Virus record (IMG/VR): IMGVR_UViG_2531839180_000001
DNA from: a virus
Lineage: Duplodnaviria; Heunggongvirae; Uroviricota; Caudoviricetes
Strand: one strand, 5' to 3'
DNA: 33,339 nucleotides
The position numbers and the translations under genes are program-made. Shown piece by piece: positions 18,118 to 26,468 of this stretch. The notes beneath the pieces were generated by a model. It saw only the letters and a program-made list of their open reading frames with translations. It had not been told where the DNA came from and did not search any database. Numbering within the stretch: the stretch's first letter is position 1; the number at the start of each line of letters is the position of its first letter.

Positions 18118-18672
18118 ATGATGCATTTAAAAAATATTACCGTTCAGAATCCTAAAACGATTGAGCAATACCAGCTGGCGCGACAGCATAAATTTTTATT
18201 GTGGCTGTTCTCAGATGATGGTCAGGAATGGCACGAAGCCCAGGAAAAATTTCAGCCAGATACTCTGAAAGTTATTTATACCGAAACTGGCGAGGTTGTC
18301 TGGGTCGGAAAAGATATCACCTCAATCTGTCCGGAAAATAAAAGTGTAATTGAGCTGCCGGATATTACTGCTAATCGCCGTATTACCGTGTCCGGTTACT
18401 GGTTTTACCGCAATGATGAATTTGTTTTCGACTACAAACTTAAGGCGGAAGATGAACGCGACGCCCTGTTAAAACAGGTCAGTATCATGACCAGCGAATG
18501 GGAAAAAGACCTGCTACTGGGGCTAATCAGCGACGAAGACAAGGAAAAACTGAAAGCATGCCGTATTTATGCGAAAGCACTACAGCAGATGACATTCTGC
18601 CAGGTTACAGATAAAGCATCGTATGCCGCAATTGCGTGGCCAGAATTACCGCAGAACATTGACGAGAATTAA
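18118..18672 (+). CDS. tail fibre assembly chaperone (gpG/Tfa-like)
   Basis: 184 aa directly downstream of the fibre gene; C-terminal AAIAWPELP-type motif; AT-rich. Confidence 0.7.
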   Translation: MMHLKNITVQNPKTIEQYQLARQHKFLLWLFSDDGQEWHEAQEKFQPDTLKVIYTETGEVVWVGKDITSICPENKSVIELPDITANRRITVSGYWFYRNDEFVFDYKLKAEDERDALLKQVSIMTSEWEKDLLLGLISDEDKEKLKACRIYAKALQQMTFCQVTDKASYAAIAWPELPQNIDEN

Positions 18673-18678
18673 GAAGTT

Positions 18679-20538
18679 ATGAGCGCACTGTTAACAAAAG
18701 CATTTGAAAAGTGGGTTACTGGGTGTACAGCAAGTAATTTACCTGCACGCCCCGACGCCATTATATTCGCCCTGATGGAGCGGGAACCGACGCGCGATGA
18801 CTACACTATCCCGCCAGAAAAAATTGTGCACACAGAAAGCAATCTGACGTATGGTCAACTCAACCAGAACACTATCGTGTGCAGTGCTACAGTTGCGGAA
18901 GAAACTGAGTTCAGTTATGACTGGATTTGCCTGGTACATCAGGATAGCGGCACGCTATGCGGCGTGATAAAAACCCCGATCCGCCACAAGCAACCAGGAG
19001 AAACTCTCCTGCGAAACTTTGTTATTATCCACAGCGGACTTGCACAGGCTGCGCAAATCATCACTCCACCACAGAGCTGGCAGGTGGATATCAACCCATG
19101 GATTAATGAAATAAAAAATAAAATTGAAACGATACCATCAGACAGAATAGAAGATTTTAATTCACTACAAACAACCTGTACCAATGCAATGCTTCAACTT
19201 GAGCAACCAGAGGTTATTGATAAAACAATAACCATTAGCATCAAACAAAACATTAACTTCGATTATACTGGAGAAATTAAAGGTCACTGCAATATTCCAG
19301 ACCCCGAAAAATATGCAGTATCAATGTATACTCATACAACCGGTGAATACTTTAACGGCAACAGTCCTTTAAATGCGGATGGCTCTTTTTATTTCAAGCG
19401 AAGTTGGACTGGAGCAAAGCAGTTTCGACTTATTCGTCTTGAAGACAATAAGTGGATCACAACACTGGAATATCCCCTGTGCATCCGCAGCTACTGGATG
19501 CCAGAAAACGCAGATCCAGAAGTTGCCGGAGTTATGAAAGACCGGTGTTACACCTATGATCAAGCACTGGCAACGCTGGCATTAATAGTACAGCGTCACG
19601 AGGCTGTAGAAAGATACGTTATCGGCTTGTGTGCGCTTGTAGGTGAAAACGGCGGGGTAAAATTTTTCGTTAACAGACTGTCAGCTATGTCTCCACGTGC
19701 CTATTACCGCCTTGGGAGCGCGGCGTGGGTATACTATGCCCTGGCATTTTATCTTGAGAAATACCCGGACAGCCCACTGGCAGAGCAGGTCAGAGAAAAG
19801 CTATTGGCAGGCATTGCATGGCTTGATACTTTCCTGGTGACTACACCAGATGACCTGCGCGAAGGTCTGTATAAAGGCGGCCTGGGACGTTATGTGAACG
19901 GTAATTTTGATGCTGACTTTGTTGTTGAGTGGTGTGCGCTTGAGCACAATGTCGATATCTGGTTCCTGTTTGAGTTGATGGGACGACTGGGATTCAGTGG
20001 GTTTAGCGAGCGCGCAAAAAAACTGGCAGAAAGCATTATCAGGGGGATGTGGGTAGATGAGGAAGGGAGATTTCGCCAGGGCGTTCACCCAAACCACTAC
20101 GACAATGCTGCAGCACTGGACCAGTCATCCTGGGGAGGTCTGTTTGTCGCTAATATTGATGCAGAGAAAGCCACCAAATGCCATCGCTATATGGGGCGGT
20201 TTCTCTTTGGTACAAGGGAAAGTACAGGGTACACCCCTTATCACCCTGATTACGGTTACAGCGGGCATAGTCGCGGTGTGTGGGTGGAGGGGACTGCAGG
20301 CGTGGCGTTGTTTGAGCGCAAGCTGGGCAATGAACTAAGCGCGGCTAATCTCATCGCCGCTATGGCACCTCTTCGCGATAAATATGGATATCGTGATTCG
20401 TGTGATGACCCTACATACGATGTACTCCCCCCGTGGCCATCCACAGCTAATACAGCCTGGATTATTCTGGCATGCAATCCAGATGGATTCTGGCTGGTAA
20501 ACACACCAGCGATGGAAATAGGATTTGTCAGATACTGA
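18679..20538 (+). CDS. second tail fibre / tailspike-like protein with enzyme-like C-terminal domain
   Basis: N-terminal ~150 aa align with the main fibre N-terminus (PARPD, F-Y-WI-L...SG-LC...TP, WQ-D blocks); AT-rich linker; helical C-terminal ~330 aa. Confidence 0.55.
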   Translation: MSALLTKAFEKWVTGCTASNLPARPDAIIFALMEREPTRDDYTIPPEKIVHTESNLTYGQLNQNTIVCSATVAEETEFSYDWICLVHQDSGTLCGVIKTPIRHKQPGETLLRNFVIIHSGLAQAAQIITPPQSWQVDINPWINEIKNKIETIPSDRIEDFNSLQTTCTNAMLQLEQPEVIDKTITISIKQNINFDYTGEIKGHCNIPDPEKYAVSMYTHTTGEYFNGNSPLNADGSFYFKRSWTGAKQFRLIRLEDNKWITTLEYPLCIRSYWMPENADPEVAGVMKDRCYTYDQALATLALIVQRHEAVERYVIGLCALVGENGGVKFFVNRLSAMSPRAYYRLGSAAWVYYALAFYLEKYPDSPLAEQVREKLLAGIAWLDTFLVTTPDDLREGLYKGGLGRYVNGNFDADFVVEWCALEHNVDIWFLFELMGRLGFSGFSERAKKLAESIIRGMWVDEEGRFRQGVHPNHYDNAAALDQSSWGGLFVANIDAEKATKCHRYMGRFLFGTRESTGYTPYHPDYGYSGHSRGVWVEGTAGVALFERKLGNELSAANLIAAMAPLRDKYGYRDSCDDPTYDVLPPWPSTANTAWIILACNPDGFWLVNTPAMEIGFVRY

Positions 20539-20565
20539 AACTATAAATAATAAGTCAGCGAACTA

Positions 20566-21315
20566 ATGAACAATTTCCCATCCATATTACAATCAACCAC
20601 CTCCCAATGGAGAGAGGTAATCCTGCGCCCAGCAGCTATAAATACATCCTGCTCTCAACTCTGCTTTCATCCATGGTCAGGCAATACAGGAAATGCCACA
20701 CCATCAGGCCGTTACCTTAGCCCAATCAATGCCGTTGCAGCTCTTTTACCATATCTTTCTGAAAACACAGAAAAAGATATCGTAGCGCTGTTATTTTGCG
20801 CCCCTTCTGCTGGCGAGTTTTTATCACTCGCCGGGCAATTTTCAGGCGCATTTCCGTTGCCAGAGGTGGGACGAATGTCCCGCATGATCTCCAGCCAGCT
20901 TTCACTGGGCATCAGCAGAATGCAAATCCCCGCCAGACCGGTAACATCACTTCCGGAACCGATAATGCTGTCGACACAGACCACTCGCAGCATGTCGCTG
21001 GCGGAAACCATTGCACAGGCAGCCACTCCTGCCGCCACATCACCGGATACATTGTCATCATCACTGCATCAGTTCATGAATGCGAGAGATAAAGCCTTAC
21101 AGGAAATCGCTGATCAGCAGGCCGCACTCCGGCAAAAATTTTGCCCGGTGTGGCGCTTTTGCTACAAGGGAGCCCTTAGCCAGGCTGCAGTGCTGATACA
21201 AAAAAACATCCCACACCCCGAGTGGGTTTTTACAGCTGTGATGCTGTTCGTCGGCGATAATCTCTCATCACTAAGGGAAGCACTACATGACCCAGATGAT
21301 TGTCCTTGCGCTTGA
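20566..21315 (+). CDS. hypothetical protein (249-aa frame; alternative start at 20875 with GAGGTGG RBS gives about 146 aa)
   Basis: Long open frame without SD at 20566; Ser/Thr/Ala/Pro-rich; no family recognised. Confidence 0.3.
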   Translation: MNNFPSILQSTTSQWREVILRPAAINTSCSQLCFHPWSGNTGNATPSGRYLSPINAVAALLPYLSENTEKDIVALLFCAPSAGEFLSLAGQFSGAFPLPEVGRMSRMISSQLSLGISRMQIPARPVTSLPEPIMLSTQTTRSMSLAETIAQAATPAATSPDTLSSSLHQFMNARDKALQEIADQQAALRQKFCPVWRFCYKGALSQAAVLIQKNIPHPEWVFTAVMLFVGDNLSSLREALHDPDDCPCA

Positions 21316-21862
21316 CGGGGAAGCCATTCTGCTGCGCAACATCACCGTCAGCGCCACCATGCAACTACCGGACAAAGATATGTCCGGACAGTCAACCAGC
21401 ACCACGAGCGCCCAGCAGGGAAACAAGGCTAAAGAGCTGCGCGTGTCGGGGGTTATTGATTTTAACGATGAAGCTATTCTGACCCGTATTTTTCAGCTTG
21501 CGGAGGCAACAGAAAGCAACGGTGCTAAAAAAACATATCGCATTGCTAACGCTACCGCGAAGGCAATCAATATGCGACAGGGGGTATTTTCTGGTGGCAT
21601 TGATGCCACGGAACAACAGGGAAAAATGCACTGGCAGGTCACCTTTACTCTCAGGGAAAAATTAAGCGTGCCAGAGAAAGCATCCGCACGCAGCGGTTCG
21701 CAGAAAACCATCGCCAGACAGCAGACTCAGAACGGTAGCGAACAGGCACCAGACAAAGGCATGAATACGCAAAGTTCGTTCTGGAAAAAAATCAATGATG
21801 CCGTTGGCTCTGGTCTGGATGCTGTTGGCATCGGGAGCGTGAAAGAGGAAGGGAAAACATGA
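21287..21862 (+). CDS. hypothetical tail-associated protein (occupies the P2 gpU position ahead of the hub gene)
   Basis: 191 aa; overlaps both neighbours; positional inference only. Confidence 0.3.
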   Translation: MTQMIVLALDGEAILLRNITVSATMQLPDKDMSGQSTSTTSAQQGNKAKELRVSGVIDFNDEAILTRIFQLAEATESNGAKKTYRIANATAKAINMRQGVFSGGIDATEQQGKMHWQVTFTLREKLSVPEKASARSGSQKTIARQQTQNGSEQAPDKGMNTQSSFWKKINDAVGSGLDAVGIGSVKEEGKT

Positions 21863-23556
21863 AATTGATACAACGCTGTATGATTAATGGCGAACGGGTG
21901 GAAATTGCCGATATAAACCTTGTTCTTACCCTGAATGCTGCCGGTCGTGGCTTCATTTCTGTTAACAATCTGTCACCCGAACACACACTTGCCGGCGCAA
22001 TGGTACAAATTGATCTCGGCCGTGACGGTGAAGCATGGCGCTATTTCTCCGGCTACATTGAGCGCGATCAACCTGCTGAAAATGGCTCACGTCGCCTTTT
22101 TATCCGTGAAGCAGCTGCTGTGCTGGATTTTGATTTCCCTTGCTCCATGCAACACCCGACGCTGCGGGGGGTACTCGATAATCTGGGGCGACAAAGCGGT
22201 ATCGTTTTTATCACTCCGGATGCGGATTATGCCAGTATACCAACTCCCTACATCACCCACAGCGGCAGCGGAGCACAACTGCTCAGCCAACTGGGGCGAG
22301 CATTCAGTATCAGCGATTACGTCTGGCACCCTATGCCGGACGGTTCTGTATTTGTGGGGAGCGCAGCTGATTCACGGTTTGCCAGTATTACTATGCCGGA
22401 TATTCCGCAACAGTACACACTCGGGCAAAGCGGCGGAAACAGCATCGACATCATGTTTATGGAAACTGTGCGACCGGGCGTGAATCTTCCCGCCGGGCGC
22501 ATTACCCGTGTAGCCCTCAACAACGAGAAAATGACCCTGACATGGGAGCGCCTTACCGCCACGGGTAGCCCTGTTTCCAAATCACCATTACGCAGACAAA
22601 TGGAAACACAGTTCCCGGAACTGGCCAGCGGTATTCTTCATACCCGGCTGGCGCGCGTCATTGCCCCAACGGAATCCGTCACCCTGGGCGATGTAGCCGA
22701 CAGCTTCCGCCCACGCTACGCCGTCGATGTGCAGTTGCTTGATGAGAACGGCAACGATAAAAACGATACACCTGTTTACCCGGCAGTACCCCTCCCCGTC
22801 CCCATGGCTGGCAGTGAGGCGGGATGTTTTGCCTACCCGCCAGCAGGCACCATCGTGGAAATATCCAACATTGAAGGACGACCGGATAAACCTGTCATCA
22901 GGCAAATCTTACCCGCGGGCCATAACCTGCCTGATGTAAAGCCCGGCGAACAGCTGCAGCAACAGCGCGCAGAAGTGTTTCAGCGTGTCACGACTGATGG
23001 AAGCTGGCACAGAGAAACCGATCAGCAAATCAGGGAGCATTCAGCCAGGCGAACCATTAACAGCGATCAGGAAGAACGCACAACAACAACCAGAACAACA
23101 ACAGTACAGGCAAACGACATAACCAGCGTTCTGGGAACCAGCAAGCTGATGACAGGTCAGACAGAACACATTACTACTGGCCATTATGCGATCGCAGCCG
23201 GTGAGCATATCCAGATGGTAGCGCAGGATTTGCTGACTAAACTCAAAGGGGCGACATCCACCATCGAGCATAACCTCACCGAAAACGTGGGAGGCCGCAG
23301 AACATGCCGGGCGGACGGTGGCCTGGAATTTACCGCCCCGACTGTATTTATTGGGCGCGGTGGCTCACGGGAAAAATCCGGACTTAATCTGCTGACGTTG
23401 TTGATTGATATTCTGGATCTGGTTCAGTTGCTGGCCACACACACTGCAAACCACACCCACAGCAACACTGGCACACCAACAAACAGCAGCGAACTTGCCG
23501 CAGACGCCCAACAGGCTACGAGCCTGCGCGAAAAATACGGCGACCTTATCGCCTAA
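21859..23556 (+). CDS. baseplate hub / central spike protein (gpD-like, possibly fused to a gpV-like spike tip)
   Basis: 565 aa, last gene of the late operon; C-terminus carries HTANHTHS (HxH), reminiscent of iron-binding spike apex motifs. Confidence 0.5.
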   Translation: MKLIQRCMINGERVEIADINLVLTLNAAGRGFISVNNLSPEHTLAGAMVQIDLGRDGEAWRYFSGYIERDQPAENGSRRLFIREAAAVLDFDFPCSMQHPTLRGVLDNLGRQSGIVFITPDADYASIPTPYITHSGSGAQLLSQLGRAFSISDYVWHPMPDGSVFVGSAADSRFASITMPDIPQQYTLGQSGGNSIDIMFMETVRPGVNLPAGRITRVALNNEKMTLTWERLTATGSPVSKSPLRRQMETQFPELASGILHTRLARVIAPTESVTLGDVADSFRPRYAVDVQLLDENGNDKNDTPVYPAVPLPVPMAGSEAGCFAYPPAGTIVEISNIEGRPDKPVIRQILPAGHNLPDVKPGEQLQQQRAEVFQRVTTDGSWHRETDQQIREHSARRTINSDQEERTTTTRTTTVQANDITSVLGTSKLMTGQTEHITTGHYAIAAGEHIQMVAQDLLTKLKGATSTIEHNLTENVGGRRTCRADGGLEFTAPTVFIGRGGSREKSGLNLLTLLIDILDLVQLLATHTANHTHSNTGTPTNSSELAADAQQATSLREKYGDLIA

Positions 23557-23595
23557 TCACCGGGCATAAAATCCACATAAACGCCCCATCACGCA

Positions 23596-23620
23596 ACGCA
23601 CGGTTCAGGCCGTGCGTTTT
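23596..23620 (+). terminator. rho-independent terminator of the late (tail) operon
   Basis: ACGCACGG / CCGTGCGT stem, TTCAGG loop, then TTTT; 40 nt after the hub gene stop. Confidence 0.65.
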
Positions 23621-24387
23621 CATATCTGCCACCTGATTAATGCGTTCTGCGTGCCATTCCGGCGCTGTATGCGCACACCACGTAAACGGTGTGACGTAAA
23701 GCGTGAGGTGACGTAAACCGCGCTACCCCCTCCAACCCGCGGGTTTTGTGTCGAAACAGTTTTTCAGTTTTCTGCCGTGCAAAAATGACCGCCAGCCCGC
23801 GCAGCAACTGAGGGAAAAGCGGAGATCTGAAATTTCACGCTTTGAAATTTTTTTCAGTTTTCAGAGAGGTTTTTACGATCACGCAAATGGCAGGAGCAAT
23901 AAAACAGCATGATATTAAAAGAGTTTTCATACTTTACGCGAGACGAAAAACGATCACGAAAGGATCACATTAAACAACCATCAAACAACGAAGCCAGACG
24001 CGGCGCAGCCTGCGTAAAATTAAGAGTCAAAATTAAACTGAAAAAAGGATCAATACCGCACCTCGATCGCACATGACGATCTACGCAGCAACAGGACGAA
24101 AAAACCGGCGCGAACGCCGGCGGAAGCATGTATCAAATGCGTGATTGAATAATGTCTGCGTTCAGGATATGCACAACAGAGTGTTGAAATTAGTCAACGT
24201 ATTGAAGCAAGAAAAAAAAGCAGGCTAGAATTCACGCGGACACCTTTCGACTGATGGCTGGACAGCAAACACGAAGGCCAGATGTAAAAAGGCCCAACTA
24301 AACCTTATGTTCAACTCTGGGCGTTTCACAACGTAATCAATAAGCGGGCAAGAGCTTAGCGCCTTTGCAAAAAAAGGAGCAAGTGCT

Positions 24388-24528
24388 ATGTCGCAAAAAT
24401 CGCTTATAGCCATCACGTTCTGCGTGACGGCAATCCTCATCATCTGGATGCTGCACGGTTCGCTGTGCGAGATACGGATGAGATTCTGGGGAGCGGAGTT
24501 TGCGGCGTTCTTACAGTGTAAGCAGTAA
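24388..24528 (+). CDS. Hok/Gef-family type I toxin (46 aa)
   Basis: AAGGAG 9 nt upstream of ATG; MSQKSLIAITFCVTAILIIWMLHGSLCEIRMRFWGAEFAAFLQCKQ has an N-terminal TM helix and the SLCE(I/L) core of Hok proteins; below the ORF-track size cutoff. Confidence 0.7.
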   Translation: MSQKSLIAITFCVTAILIIWMLHGSLCEIRMRFWGAEFAAFLQCKQ

Positions 24529-24616
24529 GGAAACCGCGACGGGGGAGTAATCCCCCGTCAATCGGTTGCTAAGGTTGGCTGAAGTGGCACCCTATCTCAC
24601 AGACATGAACAACAAA

Positions 24617-24648
24617 CCCGCAGCGTAAAAACTGCGGGTTTTCTTTTT
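24617..24648 (+). terminator. rho-independent terminator downstream of the hok-like gene
   Basis: CCCGCAG / CTGCGGG stem followed by TTTTCTTTTT. Confidence 0.7.
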
Positions 24649-24694
24649 GTTGCCCTCACAAATGAGGGTGACACTATTCGTAAGCAATAGGCAT

Positions 24695-24740
24695 GACAGA
24701 TCGATGCAATAAATCCGATCGATAAAAACGATCGATTTGT
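24695..24740 (+). promoter_or_regulatory. cluster of three GATC (Dam) sites upstream of the com-methyltransferase operon
   Basis: GATC at 24699, 24717 and 24730 within about 35 bp, 50-80 bp upstream of the com start. Confidence 0.5.
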
Positions 24741-24780
24741 TATCATATCGGCAGCAGTAACCACACAAGAGGTGCCGCAA

Positions 24781-24978
24781 ATGACGCAAAATGTACGATG
24801 CAAAAATTGCAACAAACTACTTGCCCGCGCCTCATTTCACTACATTGAAATAAAATGTCCGCGCTGCAAAACACTTAACCAGATAACGAGAGCCATTGAG
24901 CACCCCACACACATGAGGAGTTATGACCGTGGGGATCGCAATCCAGCACCAACCAGCACATACACCGGAACACACTAA
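24781..24978 (+). CDS. com: Com-like zinc-finger translational activator
   Basis: VRCKNCNKLL...HYIEIKCPRCK closely matches phage Mu Com as I recall it; AAGAGG SD; ORF overlaps the methyltransferase start by 56 nt. Confidence 0.75.
   Translation: MTQNVRCKNCNKLLARASFHYIEIKCPRCKTLNQITRAIEHPTHMRSYDRGDRNPAPTSTYTGTH
24903..24934 (+). promoter_or_regulatory. hairpin sequestering the methyltransferase SD and start codon
   Basis: CCCCAC (24903-24908) pairs with GTGGGG (24929-24934); the loop holds GAGGAG and ATG 24923. Confidence 0.5.
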
Positions 24979-25729
24979 GGTTTATCAGACTGACAATGCC
25001 ACGCTCTGTCGTGGGAATGCGCTGGAAATATTGCCGCTGATTGAGCCAGAAAGCATTGATGCCTTAATCACTGACCCACCTTACAGTTCGGGTGCGACAC
25101 ACAAGGCCGGACGCACCAACCAGGGCAGCCATGCAAAATATCTGAACGGCGAGAACCTTCACCGCTTTGATGGGTTCGCGGGTGAAAACATGGACGCCCG
25201 TTCGTGGGCTTACTGGACACAATTATGGATGGCACAGGCACACCGCGCAGTCAGGCCGGGCGGTTATGCCCTGGTATTTACTGACTGGCGACAACTACCA
25301 GCTTTAACCGATGCGTTTCAGGCCAGTGGCTTTACATGGCGCGGCATCATTGCGTGGAACAAGGGGAGGGGGTCACGAACACCCCATACCGGGTATTTCC
25401 GGCATCAGTGCGAATACATTGTCTGGGGCAGCAAAGGCCATTTAGATAAATCGCCTTCGGGGCCGTTCGACGGCTGCATGACGTTCCCGGTTATCCCGTC
25501 AAAGAAAATGCACCCGACCGGAAAACCAGAAGAACTAATGGCAGAGCTGGTCAGAACTGCGAATAGTGGCGGAACAGTCCTTGATCCCTTTATGGGGTCA
25601 GGAACAACGGGTGTGGCTGCACTGAAAGCAGGGCGAAAATTTATTGGTATAGAAACCAGTGATCATTATTTTGAGGTAGCAGCGCAGCGGCTTCGGGGGA
25701 CTATTACCACAACCATTTCGGCTACATAA
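24923..25729 (+). CDS. DNA N6-adenine methyltransferase, beta-class (DPPY before FxGxG), orphan
   Basis: DPPY motif IV near the N-terminus and DPFMGSGTTG motif I near the C-terminus; no adjacent restriction endonuclease gene. Confidence 0.85.
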   Translation: MTVGIAIQHQPAHTPEHTKVYQTDNATLCRGNALEILPLIEPESIDALITDPPYSSGATHKAGRTNQGSHAKYLNGENLHRFDGFAGENMDARSWAYWTQLWMAQAHRAVRPGGYALVFTDWRQLPALTDAFQASGFTWRGIIAWNKGRGSRTPHTGYFRHQCEYIVWGSKGHLDKSPSGPFDGCMTFPVIPSKKMHPTGKPEELMAELVRTANSGGTVLDPFMGSGTTGVAALKAGRKFIGIETSDHYFEVAAQRLRGTITTTISAT

Positions 25730-25733
25730 GACA

Positions 25734-25757
25734 AAGCCCGCATTTTTTTGCGGGCTT
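25734..25757 (+). terminator. hairpin after the methyltransferase gene, near the prophage edge
   Basis: AAGCCCGCA / TGCGGGCTT 9-bp stem with a T6 loop. Confidence 0.35.
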
Positions 25758-25830
25758 GTATATCATTACTGATGTGGACAGTTTGTGGATGTTTATAAGA
25801 AATAAGCTAATAGAAACAATTTGTTAGCTT

Positions 25831-25858
25831 TACAAAAAACGCGCCCGAAGGCGCGTTG
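25831..25858 (-). terminator. raiA rho-independent terminator
   Basis: On the minus strand: ACGCGCC-TTCG-GGCGCGT then TTTTTTG, just downstream of the raiA stop. Confidence 0.75.
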
Positions 25859-25880
25859 GCGATACACTCAATATAAAGGA

Positions 25881-26276
<396 letters not shown>

Positions 26277-26455
26277 TCAAAATGTGTGATGGAAATCTCA
26301 TAATTTTGTCACTTTTTGTCAACGAATCTTTTTTGTGAGAAATCGCAGGAAGAGGTGTTTTTTTACTTGAGGAATATCTCAAAGCGAGCCATATTTGATG
26401 AGATCGATAGTGACTAAATCGCTTCAGTTTCACAACTAACAGAATAAAAAAACGG

Positions 26456-26468
26456 CAGCTCAAGGCTG
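26456..26468. repeat. 13-bp target-site duplication, left copy (CAGCTCAAGGCTG)
   Basis: Identical 13-mer flanks both ends of the IS4-derived element. Confidence 0.8.

Noticed and set aside
16259-20538. Mu/P1-style invertible fibre segment (Gin/Cin system)
   Set aside because: Both fibre genes and the chaperone are on the same strand, no inverted copies of fibre C-termini and no recombinase gene are present.
24300-24521. mok-like reading frame overlapping the hok-like gene
   Set aside because: The overlapping frame is open across most of hok but has no ATG/GTG start with an RBS after its upstream stop; left unannotated.
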